Virus record (IMG/VR): IMGVR_UViG_3300028588_000074
Location: 1 to 28,414 of that record
Strand: one strand, 5' to 3'
From: a virus
Taxonomy: Duplodnaviria > Caudoviricetes
Length of the DNA: 28,414 bases
Shown: piece by piece, positions 14,761 to 24,018 of the stretch
Numbering within the stretch: position 1 is the first letter of the stretch
Layout: each line of letters opens with the position of its first letter
Translations under genes and position numbers: made by a program
The notes under the pieces: generated by a model
What the model was told of the DNA's origin: nothing
What the model saw: only the letters and a program-made list of their open reading frames with translations
Databases searched by the model: none

Positions 14761-15198
14761 ATGGCCGACCAGCTTTACAAAGACCTCCCCGCCGACAGCG
14801 CACTCGGGGACGTCCGCGCGCTCATCCCCGACATCGAACAGCTCGGTGACCCTCTCGATCCCACCGCCGAAGACAGCTACATCTTCGACGACGACACCCT
14901 CAACCGCTACCTGCGTATCAACTCGGGCTCGGTCAAGCGCGCCGCCGCCGACGCGTGCGAAGCACTCGGCACGAGCGAGATGCTCATCCTGAAGAAGCTG
15001 ATCACCGAAGACCTCTCCACGGACGGCGCAACGCTGGCCAGAGAGTACGGCGCGAAAGCACAGAGGCTGCGCGCACGGGCCACGCAAGAAGAGGACGACG
15101 AAGCAGGCGACGGGACCGGCTTCTTCCGCATCGGGTACTCACGCAGGCCGGTCCCCTTCGACGCAGAGCGGATCGCGCGCGGAGGGTTCTTCTTCTGA
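14761..15198 (+). CDS. Head-to-tail adaptor
   Basis: VRALIPD......YIF.DD.L..YL......KRAAADA.EAL...DL.TDG pattern; position. Confidence 0.8.
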   Translation: MADQLYKDLPADSALGDVRALIPDIEQLGDPLDPTAEDSYIFDDDTLNRYLRINSGSVKRAAADACEALGTSEMLILKKLITEDLSTDGATLAREYGAKAQRLRARATQEEDDEAGDGTGFFRIGYSRRPVPFDAERIARGGFFF

Positions 15199-15698
15199 TG
15201 CTGAACACACGCAGCGTCTTCGACCCCCGATTCAGCGAAGCGTTCGCCCGGACCGGCCAGGCAGCCATGACGTCCTCTGTGCTGGTTCGCCGTCGCAAGC
15301 CCGAGGGGGCCGCAGGAGCCGCCGAATGGGACTACAGCCTCGGCAAGTACCGAGGCTCTGACTTCGTGACCCTGTGGGCCGGTCAGGCCCGCGTCCAGCC
15401 CAACAAGGACTGGCGGGCCAAGTCCTACGAGTTCGCCAACATGACCACGGCCATGCAAGCGTGCAGGTTCTCGCTTCCGCTGATGGACGGTGTGTGGAAT
15501 GGAGCCCTTGCAGAAGAGCAGCGCCATTTCGAAGATGAAGATCAGATCATCATCGTGGAGAACTTCTTCCCCGGACTGGACGCCATCAAACGCTTCACGT
15601 TCATCGTACGCAACGATCTCATTTCCGGCAACGCTGGCCTTCAGAACATCTTGGCCGACGTAGACCTGAAGGGGGGTATCAGCCGTGACCATTCGTAG
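15198..15698 (+). CDS. Head-to-tail stopper (DUF6093-like)
   Basis: TGATG overlap; WD...G......LW.G.ARVQ motif; synteny. Confidence 0.7.
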   Translation: MLNTRSVFDPRFSEAFARTGQAAMTSSVLVRRRKPEGAAGAAEWDYSLGKYRGSDFVTLWAGQARVQPNKDWRAKSYEFANMTTAMQACRFSLPLMDGVWNGALAEEQRHFEDEDQIIIVENFFPGLDAIKRFTFIVRNDLISGNAGLQNILADVDLKGGISRDHS

Positions 15699-16119
15699 CA
15701 ACGCGTTCGGTTCGCGCTTCGCCGAGACGGAGAGGCGAGCAAACGAGTCGTTCGACCAGAACCTGGACGACGTGGAGCAGATCGTCGATGACGTCATGCA
15801 AGAAGCTGCCGACATCGCACAGGACGTAATCTTGCGCAACGGTGTTCGTGACACCATCCCAAACAACGAAGGCCGCATCGAGTCGGAAACAATGTTCGAT
15901 GCTGTGAAAAGTCGCACGCGTCGCACCTCGCGCGACCGCATCGTTGGACAGGCCGGTTGGATTCCCGGCGAGAAGATCGAGCCCTACTTCGGGTTTCAGG
16001 AGTCCGGCACGCTCGGGCGCGGCGAGGGTGCAAGTCCTCGCGGTATCCGTCCCATGATGGCGATTGCCGAAGCAAACATCTACGCACGCGACAAGCTGCG
16101 CGAAAGGCTCGGACGATGA
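15685..16119 (+). CDS. Neck/tail-completion protein (HK97 gp10-like)
   Basis: GRI.S..M..AV, GW....PYF.FQE.GT, I.PM.A motifs; synteny. Confidence 0.7.
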   Translation: MTIRSNAFGSRFAETERRANESFDQNLDDVEQIVDDVMQEAADIAQDVILRNGVRDTIPNNEGRIESETMFDAVKSRTRRTSRDRIVGQAGWIPGEKIEPYFGFQESGTLGRGEGASPRGIRPMMAIAEANIYARDKLRERLGR

Positions 16120-16586
16120 GCGACATTCCACGTTACGCAGAGACGTCTATCGAAGAGACGCGTCTCGACATCATGGCACGTCTTTCCGGCTACGCGCGCC
16201 TGAAGGGCATCCAGGCATTCCGTGGCCCACTGACAGACGGTGAGTACGCAAAGACCGATCCCGAAGGTTTGATCAACGGATACTACGTTGTGAACTTTGG
16301 TGGTCGCGGACGCGTGGCCGGTTCGCTTCAGGGCATTACCGGCACCAGGAACGATCTGCGTCGTTTCATCTTCGGAGTGGAAGTCTACGGACGCGACAGC
16401 GTTTCCAAGGACCGAATCTCCGACGACGTGTGGGATGCGCTCGAAGGGTACGAGCCCGTGAACTGCGGCGAGTTGAGCGCAGAGAACAGCGGCAAGATCG
16501 CCAACCCGCTCAACGTGAAGCAGAACATCACGCGCGAGGGAATCGGCATGATCTTCTACTGCTACGTCGGCACCACGACCCCCTGA
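16116..16586 (+). CDS. Tail terminator
   Basis: ATGA overlap; YYVV.FG, V.D.L.GY.P motifs; just upstream of the tail tube region. Confidence 0.7.
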   Translation: MSDIPRYAETSIEETRLDIMARLSGYARLKGIQAFRGPLTDGEYAKTDPEGLINGYYVVNFGGRGRVAGSLQGITGTRNDLRRFIFGVEVYGRDSVSKDRISDDVWDALEGYEPVNCGELSAENSGKIANPLNVKQNITREGIGMIFYCYVGTTTP

Positions 16587-16638
16587 CCCACTCCCATTCC
16601 CCCCTGAAATATCACCAATCACAGATAAGGTTGAGCCC

Positions 16639-16935
16639 ATGGCTGACAACGAGCAGATGTACCGTCACCCGGTCACGAACCGGGTTCGCACGAGCGACAA
16701 CCCGACCTACATGGAGCGGGCCGGATTCGAGCCCTACGACGGCGAGATCGAGATCGACAAGACCGGCATCAGGACCGCCGACATGTCGCTCGCCGAGCTG
16801 CAGTCCACCGCCGAGGCGGCGGGCGTAGCCAAGTCCGGCACGAAGGACGAGATCCAGTCGCGCCTCGCCGAGAAGGCTGCCGCGCCGTCCGGCGACACCA
16901 AGACCACCAGCGCCTCCGCTGGGGACAAGAAATAA
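16639..16935 (+). CDS. Small protein with HeH/SAP-like domain
   Basis: MSLAELQSTAEAAGVAKSGTKDEIQSRL fits the L.EL...A...G....GTK.E...RL pattern; strong GC3; TAAGGT 7 nt upstream. Confidence 0.75.
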   Translation: MADNEQMYRHPVTNRVRTSDNPTYMERAGFEPYDGEIEIDKTGIRTADMSLAELQSTAEAAGVAKSGTKDEIQSRLAEKAAAPSGDTKTTSASAGDKK

Positions 16936-16968
16936 CCACCGATCCCCTTTAGGAGGGAAAAGTACACC

Positions 16969-17484
16969 ATGAAGAAGATGATGAGCCCCAACACCACCAT
17001 CGTGTGGGTGGACGAAGACGGCGTGGCCAACCCGATGGCCCCGACCGTGACCGAGCTGGAAGCCGGTCAGAACATCTCGTGCGCCATCGTGCGTGGCTAC
17101 ACGCTGAACCCGACCAGCTCGGACACCGACGACACCGCGTCGATCTGTGACGAGGGCAACGTCGAGACGCCCACGTACGACAACTACGAGGCCAACCTGA
17201 CGTTCTTCTACGAGAGCGACGACAGCGACACCACCTCGGTGTTCAAGATCGCGACCGACCTCTTCGAGAAGAAGGGCGCGCGCGGCTACCTCTACCGTCG
17301 CATCGGCAAGAAGAGCAACGTGCCCTTCACCGCGACCGACACCGTGGAGGGCTTCTTCGTGCAGTCCGACAACCCGCAGACCATCGACGGCGGCGACAGC
17401 GGTGGGCCGATCCAGCTCACCGTTCCCTTCCTGCAGCAGGGGCTCTACATCCCCAAGGGCACGAAGGTCGTCGCGGGGTCGTAA
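16969..17484 (+). CDS. Major tail (tube) protein
   Basis: PT..EL..G..ISCA...Y.L.PT.SDT....SIC......PT..NYE..LTFF and GYL.RR.GK motifs; SD AGGAGG; extreme GC3. Confidence 0.9.
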   Translation: MKKMMSPNTTIVWVDEDGVANPMAPTVTELEAGQNISCAIVRGYTLNPTSSDTDDTASICDEGNVETPTYDNYEANLTFFYESDDSDTTSVFKIATDLFEKKGARGYLYRRIGKKSNVPFTATDTVEGFFVQSDNPQTIDGGDSGGPIQLTVPFLQQGLYIPKGTKVVAGS

Positions 17485-17555
17485 GTAGCGGCACGTCGCA
17501 CGAGCGGCTACACTGGTGGGCGTCATCCTTTCTGGGTGACGCCCACCACACTTTT
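17485..17555 (+). terminator. Tandem hairpins (attenuator) between tail tube and chaperone
   Basis: GTAGC/GCTAC imperfect hairpin (17485-17511), then TGGTGGGCGTCA/TGACGCCCACCA (17514-17548) and CACTTTT. Confidence 0.7.
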
Positions 17556-17566
17556 AGGAGAGCATC

Positions 17567-18223
17567 GTGTCCGACGAAAACGCAACCATCCCCGCCCCCG
17601 TGCAGGAGTCCCTCGACAGCTTCGACCTCGCGACGTGGCTCGACGACGCGCAGACTCCCGAGGACACGGTGGTCATCTACCGTGACGGCGTGCGTCTTCG
17701 TGAGCTGAAGGAGCTGACGGACTTCGTGCAGGGCGTCGACGAGATGCGCGCCATCAACCAGAAGAAGGACAAGCGCGCCGAGCCGACGAGCATCGCCGAC
17801 GAAGCCGACGACAAGGCCGACGCCGCGCGTGAGCAGATCGTCCTCCTGCGTGAAGAGCTGGCCAAGACGGCGCTCACCTTCCACCTGAAGGGCATGTCGC
17901 CCGGCGAGCGCGAGATCCTCTCCAAGAGCATCGCGCGCAACCTGAAGAAGAAGGCACCCACCGAAGACGAGGACGGCCACGCTGGCGGCGTCGACCACCC
18001 CGACTTCCAGGCCAAGTTCACGTTCGACTTGGTGGCGCGCAGCATCGTCAAGATCACCAACGCCCACGGTGCGGTCGACGACAAGAAGAAGAAGGCGTCC
18101 GACATCGAGCTGATGAAGTCGAAGCTCGGTGCCGCTGAGTGGGTGCGCCTGTCCAACGCGGTGTACGACATCACGTACATGGCGTACGACGTCGACAAGC
18201 TGATCAACTCGGATTTCTCGTAG
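17567..18223 (+). CDS. Tail assembly chaperone (G)
   Basis: Position between tube and tape measure; SD AGGAG; ends ...SDFS*. Confidence 0.85.
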   Translation: MSDENATIPAPVQESLDSFDLATWLDDAQTPEDTVVIYRDGVRLRELKELTDFVQGVDEMRAINQKKDKRAEPTSIADEADDKADAAREQIVLLREELAKTALTFHLKGMSPGEREILSKSIARNLKKKAPTEDEDGHAGGVDHPDFQAKFTFDLVARSIVKITNAHGAVDDKKKKASDIELMKSKLGAAEWVRLSNAVYDITYMAYDVDKLINSDFS

Positions 18224-18657
18224 AGGCGCTGACGCGCCCGTCGCAGCGCGTCTACCAGCACCTGTTGGGGGTGGCCGTCGAACTGAAGACGGCCCCCTCC
18301 TTCGTGTTGCTGGGCAAGGGCAAGAATCCGAACACAGTGAAGTGGTCGATGAAAGACCGGCTGCTCTTCGCCTCTGTGCTGCAACTGAACTCTGAGAAGT
18401 GCCCCCAGTGTGGTACGCCGATTTGGCTGGGCCACACCTACTCGAACGAAGTAGAGTTCGAGGTGAAATATTCGATCTGCCATGCCTGTGAAGAGAAGGC
18501 TGAGCAGACGAAGGACGTCAAGCTGGCACCGGGTGAGTACGCCCATGTCCATGCTGTCGGCGTGCCTGACGAAGAGGGTGGAGCGCCCGGTGCGCTACCA
18601 TCGAGAGCAACGGGTTACGCCAAGATGGACGTGCCCGTGCATGGCCCCAAGGACTAG
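18211..18657 (+). CDS. Tail assembly chaperone extension (GT) via -1 frameshift; CxxC...CxxC zinc motif
   Basis: -1 frame is open across the G stop; G GAT TTC at 18211-18217; no own SD; CPQC and CHAC. Confidence 0.75.
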   Translation, partial: GFLVEALTRPSQRVYQHLLGVAVELKTAPSFVLLGKGKNPNTVKWSMKDRLLFASVLQLNSEKCPQCGTPIWLGHTYSNEVEFEVKYSICHACEEKAEQTKDVKLAPGEYAHVHAVGVPDEEGGAPGALPSRATGYAKMDVPVHGPKD

Positions 18658-18665
18658 GAGATCAC

Positions 18666-21600
18666 GTGGCACCCCGAGGTTCTGGCGACGACTCTCTCCG
18701 GTTCGACGTAGAGGTCGACGCGGCCCAAGGTCGCAAGGAGCTGCGCGACCTGCTGGCCGACATTCGCCGCCTCGGTGCCGGTGCCGTCGAGACGGGCGGC
18801 AAGGTCGACGACTCGGTGTTGGCCACGGCCAAGTCTTACCGTCAGCTTGGTCGTGAGATCGAGCAGGTGTCGCGCATGGACCTGGCGATGGAGCGGTCGG
18901 TCCAGGCCGCTCGGGCTCAGACGGCACGCACCAAGGCTGCCAGCTCGAACGCTACCACCGCTCAGGTCAACGCCGTTGCCGCGCCCGCCCTTGCGGCCAA
19001 CAAGATCGACCTCGCTGCTGAGCGTGTGGCCACGCAAGAAGCCACCACTCGCGCAAAGGTTCGGCAGGCCGAGAACGCGGCACTGAAAACACAGTCCGAC
19101 CTTCTGCTGAACAATGCGCGCATCGAAGACCTTCAGGCACGCGGCCAAGAGCGTCGCATCGGTGCCGCCGAGAAGTCTGCGCAGCGAGAGATGGCTGCGC
19201 AAGCTCGTGTTGCCGCGCAGCAAGATCGCATCTACAACGACTACCTGTCGCACCAGGCGAAGCAGGGCGCTGCCGCAGAACGTGCCGCACTGCGCGAGGT
19301 GGCGGCGAAGGAAAAGGTTGCTGCGCAGCAGGACCGTATCTACAACGACTACATGTCGCAGCAGAGCAGGTTCGACAACCGCAGCCCACTGGGTGACGGT
19401 GCGGACTTGGCCGCGACCCGGTACGCGTTGTACGACGTTGCACAAACGGCAGGCATCGCCGGTCTGGCAGTGGCGAGCATCGGTGCCAGCTCTGTCGTCA
19501 TGGCGTCCAAGTTCGAGGCGTCGTACGCCGACGTGCGTCGTGCTGCCGAGCTGACGGGCGAAGAAGCCGCCAGCGTGCAGAAGCAGCTCTTGGAGATCAG
19601 CAACACCGCTCCGGTGAGTTTCGAAGACGTTTCGTCCATCGCCACTCTTGGCGCACAGATGGGTATCGCGTCGAACGACCTGGACAAGTTCTCGTCCACC
19701 GTGTCGAAGTTCGCGGCCACCACGGACGTTACGGTCGACAACGCAGCGCAGAGCTTCGGTCGCATTTCTAACCTCCTTGATGTGCCCGCCGACCAGTTCG
19801 ACAAGCTGGGTTCATCCATTTACGAAGTCGGCATCAAAACCGTCGCAACTGAATCTGAGATCCTTTCTACCACAAATCAGATCGCAGGTGCAGCAGCGGC
19901 GTACAACTTCACAGCAGACGAGGTGGTTGGACTTTCCGCCGCGTTCGCTTCGCTAGGTGTCGCACCTGAAGCTGCGCGTGGTTCTGTCACCAAAATCTTC
20001 GGTGACATCGAAAAGGCCGTCGCTAAGGGTGGCGACGACATGAGCGAGTACGCGCGCATCCTGAAGACAGATGTCGCCGGTGCGCAAGAGCTGTGGATGA
20101 AAGACCCAAGCGCATTCTTTTCCCAGCTCGTGCAAGGCCTTAGCGAAAGCAAGGTGCTAATCAACGATCTCGAATCTATTGGCATCAAGGACCGTCGCGA
20201 CACCAACTTGATGCAGCGCCTCACGGGAAACCCCGAGCTGCTCATCAACGCACTCGACGTGTCCAAGAATGCGTTCAACGAAGGCACTGCGCTTGCTGAT
20301 GGTTACGCCGTCACCATGGAGACACTGGCCGCGAAGTTCACCATCTTCATCAACAACCTGAAGTCTCTCGCGGCGACGGCTGGTGCGCCCCTTCTCGGTC
20401 CCCTTGGCCTTGTGCTGGACGTCCTGTCGAAGTTCATGGGCCTGCTCAGTGACGCTCCGATCCTCACCGGGTTCATCGTCGTCCTGTCCCTGCTGGTCGG
20501 CGGCTTCCTCCTGCTGAAGAGCGCACAAGCTGCTGCCATCGCTGGCCTGCTGGCGCTGAAGTTCGTCATGGATCAGATGTCGTCCAGCACAGGGCTCACG
20601 TCGATCTCGTTCCGTTCGTTGAGCGTGACGCTGCGTACGGTGGCTGCGGACGCGGGTATCACCCGTGCGGCGCTGTTCGGCGTGAAGGGTGCCACGGACG
20701 CTGGCGCGGTGTCGGCTGACGGAAACAGCCGAAGCATGCGTGCGATGGGCTTGGCCATGCGTGCGATTGGTGCCATTGGCCTTGTGGCCACTCTTGGTCA
20801 GATCGCGTACAGCTTGACCGAGACGTACCTGAAGTCGCAGCAGGCTGCGCAGGGGCTTCGTGATGTTCAGGATGCTACCGGCGAGATCAGCTCGGACACG
20901 TTGGTGGCCTCTGCACAGAAGTCGCTCGAAGCTGTCCGCATGTTCGAAGACCAGTTCAACGGTCGCGGTGACATGTTCGAGCAGATCAACGCGCAGGTCG
21001 GCTCGTTCTTCAACCAGTTCATTAACGCTCTGCCTGGCATGAACAACGCCAATTCTGAGCTGGAAGCTATCGACCAGCGCCTGGCGTCGATGGTCAGCTC
21101 TGGCAACGCCGAGAACGCTGCTGCACTGATCGAGCGAATGGGGCTCAGCACTGAAGAGGCCGCTGCTCGCTTCCCGGGCTACGTCGAAGCCATTGCCGCT
21201 GCTGACGACCCGCTGATGCAGGTTGCCGACGCTGCTGATGAAGCAGAGGGCGACATCAGTTCGATGTCCGACGCGCTCGATGACCTGTTCTCGAACCTGA
21301 ACAGCGCATCGGCATTCGGCGACTCGATCCAGCAGTTGTTCTCCGGCATCTACGATGGCGGCACTGCGTTCGACTTCCTTTCGGAAGCGGGGCGCACGAA
21401 CCTGGCGAACCTGCAGCAGGCCATGGCGGACACCATCGCCTACGGTCAAACTGCCGGGCTGAGCGCAGCCGACTCGTTGGTTCCGCTGTTCGCGCAGCTT
21501 CAGGCGTCCGGCGTGGACACCGCGACGCTGCTTCAGGTGCTTGCATCGCAGCCGTACGAGTTCACTGCCGACCTGGACATCTCTGCCGTGCAGGCCAAGC

Positions 21601-23126
21601 TCGCGGCCATCGGCAAGATCACCACCGGCAGCTTTGGCGGAAGTGGAAAGGGTGGTGCCAACAACGCGTTCAGCGGCCTTGGTCAGAACGTAGGCATCCT
21701 CGCGAACAACCTGAACCGTGCCGCAGTTTCCGCTCCGAAGGCAGCCAAGGGGCTGAGTGGCGCGGGCAAGGCTGCGAAGGCAGCGAAGAAAGAAGTGCGC
21801 ACGCTGTCCGACTACGTGTCGGACCTCGAAAAGGTGTTCAACGACTCCACCCAGTACCGCTTTGGCGTGCAGGATGGCCTCGATGATGTTCAGTCCAAGT
21901 GGGACGACATCAACAAGGAGATCCTCGACAACCGCGACAAGATGAAGGAAGCGCAGGACAGCGTACGAGACTACGCTGACGAGATCGCTTCGCTGCGCGC
22001 TGACATTCTTGGACTTCAGTCTGACATCAACCAAAAAGAATACTTCCTTACGGTTGCCGTGAAGTACGACGACCAGCTTCGTGCCGGTGACCTGCGCGCT
22101 GGAATCGCTTCAGATCAGGCGGACATCGCAAGCAAGCAGAACGACATCGCCGAGAAGGCGCGTCAGCAAGCAGAGGCGCAGCGCGTCGCCTCTGGTGCAA
22201 CCGACATGTCTACGAAGAGTGCCGTGGAGCAGCGTGAAGAACTCAGCGCTCTGTACAAGACGTACCAGGATTTGATCTTGGAATACGCACGTTCCGGCAT
22301 GACGCAAGGCCAGCTCACCGCAAAGGTTGCAGAGCTTCGTCAGGGCTTCGTGCAGCAGGCGATGCAAGCTGGTTACTCCGGGGCTGAGATCGGTCGTTAC
22401 TCCAACGCGTTCGACGACCTGACCTACTCGATCAACAACGTGCCGCGTAACATCACTGTCGCCGCCAACACGAACCCTGCGCACCGTGCGTTGAATGAAT
22501 TCCTGGCGCGTGCCGCTGCGTCAAAGGCTGACGTCAGCACCGGCTCGTCGAACGCGGGTTCCGCTGGTACGTCTGCTGGCCTGCAGTTCGCCAGCAATTT
22601 CAACGCAGCCGCCAAGCCGCTTGTTGACCAAGTTCTCGACGTAGGCCGAAACGCAGCGCAGAACCTGTTCAACTTGACCATGCCCAAATCGACCGGAAGC
22701 CGCAATAGTGGTGGCGGTCGATTCGCCGAGGGTGGATTCGTTCCCGGGCGCAACGCGTTCCCCTCTGGTGGATTCGTTCCCGGCAGTGCACCCACCAACC
22801 CGCAACGCGACAACAAGTTGGGCATGCTCCCAAACGGATCGCCCATTGCCCTTCAGGGTGGCGAGCCGATCATCAACAACGCAGCACGCTCCATGTACGG
22901 CGATGGAATGTTCGAAGCCATCAACGCGATGAAGTTCAAGCCGCAAGTTGTCGCCCCTGTCACTTACATGAGCGGAGGTGCACAAGAGACGATTGCGTAC
23001 CTTTCCGCAGAGGACCGTGCCCTGCTGCGTGCCGCACTTGGACGACCCGTTGTCGCTCAGGTAGAGTATGTGGAAACCGCTCGTGCTGCCGCAGAGGGGA
23101 ACAAGATCCTGACCCTCGGAGGGTGA
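18666..23126 (+). CDS. Tape measure protein (TP901-family core), 1486 aa
   Basis: Long Ala-rich helical ORF; FE....V.R, IA.LG.QMGI....L..F...V.KF core; hydrophobic TM segment; FA.GG.V.G near the C-terminus; SD AGGAG. Confidence 0.95.
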   Translation: MAPRGSGDDSLRFDVEVDAAQGRKELRDLLADIRRLGAGAVETGGKVDDSVLATAKSYRQLGREIEQVSRMDLAMERSVQAARAQTARTKAASSNATTAQVNAVAAPALAANKIDLAAERVATQEATTRAKVRQAENAALKTQSDLLLNNARIEDLQARGQERRIGAAEKSAQREMAAQARVAAQQDRIYNDYLSHQAKQGAAAERAALREVAAKEKVAAQQDRIYNDYMSQQSRFDNRSPLGDGADLAATRYALYDVAQTAGIAGLAVASIGASSVVMASKFEASYADVRRAAELTGEEAASVQKQLLEISNTAPVSFEDVSSIATLGAQMGIASNDLDKFSSTVSKFAATTDVTVDNAAQSFGRISNLLDVPADQFDKLGSSIYEVGIKTVATESEILSTTNQIAGAAAAYNFTADEVVGLSAAFASLGVAPEAARGSVTKIFGDIEKAVAKGGDDMSEYARILKTDVAGAQELWMKDPSAFFSQLVQGLSESKVLINDLESIGIKDRRDTNLMQRLTGNPELLINALDVSKNAFNEGTALADGYAVTMETLAAKFTIFINNLKSLAATAGAPLLGPLGLVLDVLSKFMGLLSDAPILTGFIVVLSLLVGGFLLLKSAQAAAIAGLLALKFVMDQMSSSTGLTSISFRSLSVTLRTVAADAGITRAALFGVKGATDAGAVSADGNSRSMRAMGLAMRAIGAIGLVATLGQIAYSLTETYLKSQQAAQGLRDVQDATGEISSDTLVASAQKSLEAVRMFEDQFNGRGDMFEQINAQVGSFFNQFINALPGMNNANSELEAIDQRLASMVSSGNAENAAALIERMGLSTEEAAARFPGYVEAIAAADDPLMQVADAADEAEGDISSMSDALDDLFSNLNSASAFGDSIQQLFSGIYDGGTAFDFLSEAGRTNLANLQQAMADTIAYGQTAGLSAADSLVPLFAQLQASGVDTATLLQVLASQPYEFTADLDISAVQAKLAAIGKITTGSFGGSGKGGANNAFSGLGQNVGILANNLNRAAVSAPKAAKGLSGAGKAAKAAKKEVRTLSDYVSDLEKVFNDSTQYRFGVQDGLDDVQSKWDDINKEILDNRDKMKEAQDSVRDYADEIASLRADILGLQSDINQKEYFLTVAVKYDDQLRAGDLRAGIASDQADIASKQNDIAEKARQQAEAQRVASGATDMSTKSAVEQREELSALYKTYQDLILEYARSGMTQGQLTAKVAELRQGFVQQAMQAGYSGAEIGRYSNAFDDLTYSINNVPRNITVAANTNPAHRALNEFLARAAASKADVSTGSSNAGSAGTSAGLQFASNFNAAAKPLVDQVLDVGRNAAQNLFNLTMPKSTGSRNSGGGRFAEGGFVPGRNAFPSGGFVPGSAPTNPQRDNKLGMLPNGSPIALQGGEPIINNAARSMYGDGMFEAINAMKFKPQVVAPVTYMSGGAQETIAYLSAEDRALLRAALGRPVVAQVEYVETARAAAEGNKILTLGG
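19209..19360 (+). repeat. Internal tandem duplication in tape measure (36-aa period)
   Basis: 19209-19252 vs 19317-19360, VAAQQDRIYNDY(L/M)S. Confidence 0.85.
22731..22783 (+). repeat. 17-nt direct repeat GGTGGATTCGTTCCCGG (GGFVPG x2)
   Basis: Exact copies at 22731-22747 and 22767-22783. Confidence 0.85.
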
Positions 23127-23127
23127 T

Positions 23128-24018
23128 ATGCCACGGACCATGCCGTTTGGGTTCGCGAGAGGTTTCGTCGCACAGGTGCCCGCACCCAAACGAGGCATGA
23201 CCGTCACGTCCAGCGGCTACTCGGAAGCCGTTGAGTTCGAGAACGGCGGCGCAGCCGTCGTCGACTCGGCGGGCAAGCACCTGACGTTCGGCATGCAGTT
23301 CTCGGGGTCCGCCGACGCACTCAACGGCATCGACATCTTCCGGCAGTTCGCCTCGGGCCTCTACGGTCGCGGGCTCATCGACTTCTCTGACCCGATGAAC
23401 TACGACACGAACCTGCTCCCCGCGCACTGGGCAACACCGCACCTCGCAGAGCTGGGCTGGAAGCACCCGCTCGTCGGCGTATCCACCTACACCGACCGCA
23501 CGCCAACTTCGAGCGTGCCCTACCGCAGGCTGTCCACGACCGTCATGGCAATGGATGCGAACGCCATCCCGGTGCACCGTTCGAAGTTGGCCACGATCCT
23601 GATTCCCCCGACGCACACGCTGTGGCTGGGCTTCACTGGACAGGCCACTGGCACCTCTGTGCTACGCGCACGGCCCATCGCTATCGGTGGAGCATTCGCT
23701 GCGACTTCTGACGTGCCGCTCGGTTCACCGGCGAGCCCAATGGCGTTGACCACATCTTTCAGCGGGGCGCTCTACCAGGCGGTTGAAATCTACGGCACGA
23801 GGACTAGCACAGCGGCTTCGACCCTGGCGCTCGTTTCGGGTATGGCGCAGCTTCATCGTACTGGCGTGACTCCTTTCGTGAAGCCTTTGCACGTTCCCGG
23901 CATGGGCAACACGGGAGTGCGTTTTGCTGACGGGGCTATCCCCGAAACGTACCAAATGACCAAGGGTCATTACAAGCAGCTTTCTACGAACTTGATTGAG
24001 GTCGGCGCATGGGGATGA
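23128..24018 (+). CDS. Minor tail protein (distal-tail position)
   Basis: Immediately follows tape measure; beta-rich; ends L.EVGAW. Confidence 0.8.
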   Translation: MPRTMPFGFARGFVAQVPAPKRGMTVTSSGYSEAVEFENGGAAVVDSAGKHLTFGMQFSGSADALNGIDIFRQFASGLYGRGLIDFSDPMNYDTNLLPAHWATPHLAELGWKHPLVGVSTYTDRTPTSSVPYRRLSTTVMAMDANAIPVHRSKLATILIPPTHTLWLGFTGQATGTSVLRARPIAIGGAFAATSDVPLGSPASPMALTTSFSGALYQAVEIYGTRTSTAASTLALVSGMAQLHRTGVTPFVKPLHVPGMGNTGVRFADGAIPETYQMTKGHYKQLSTNLIEVGAWG

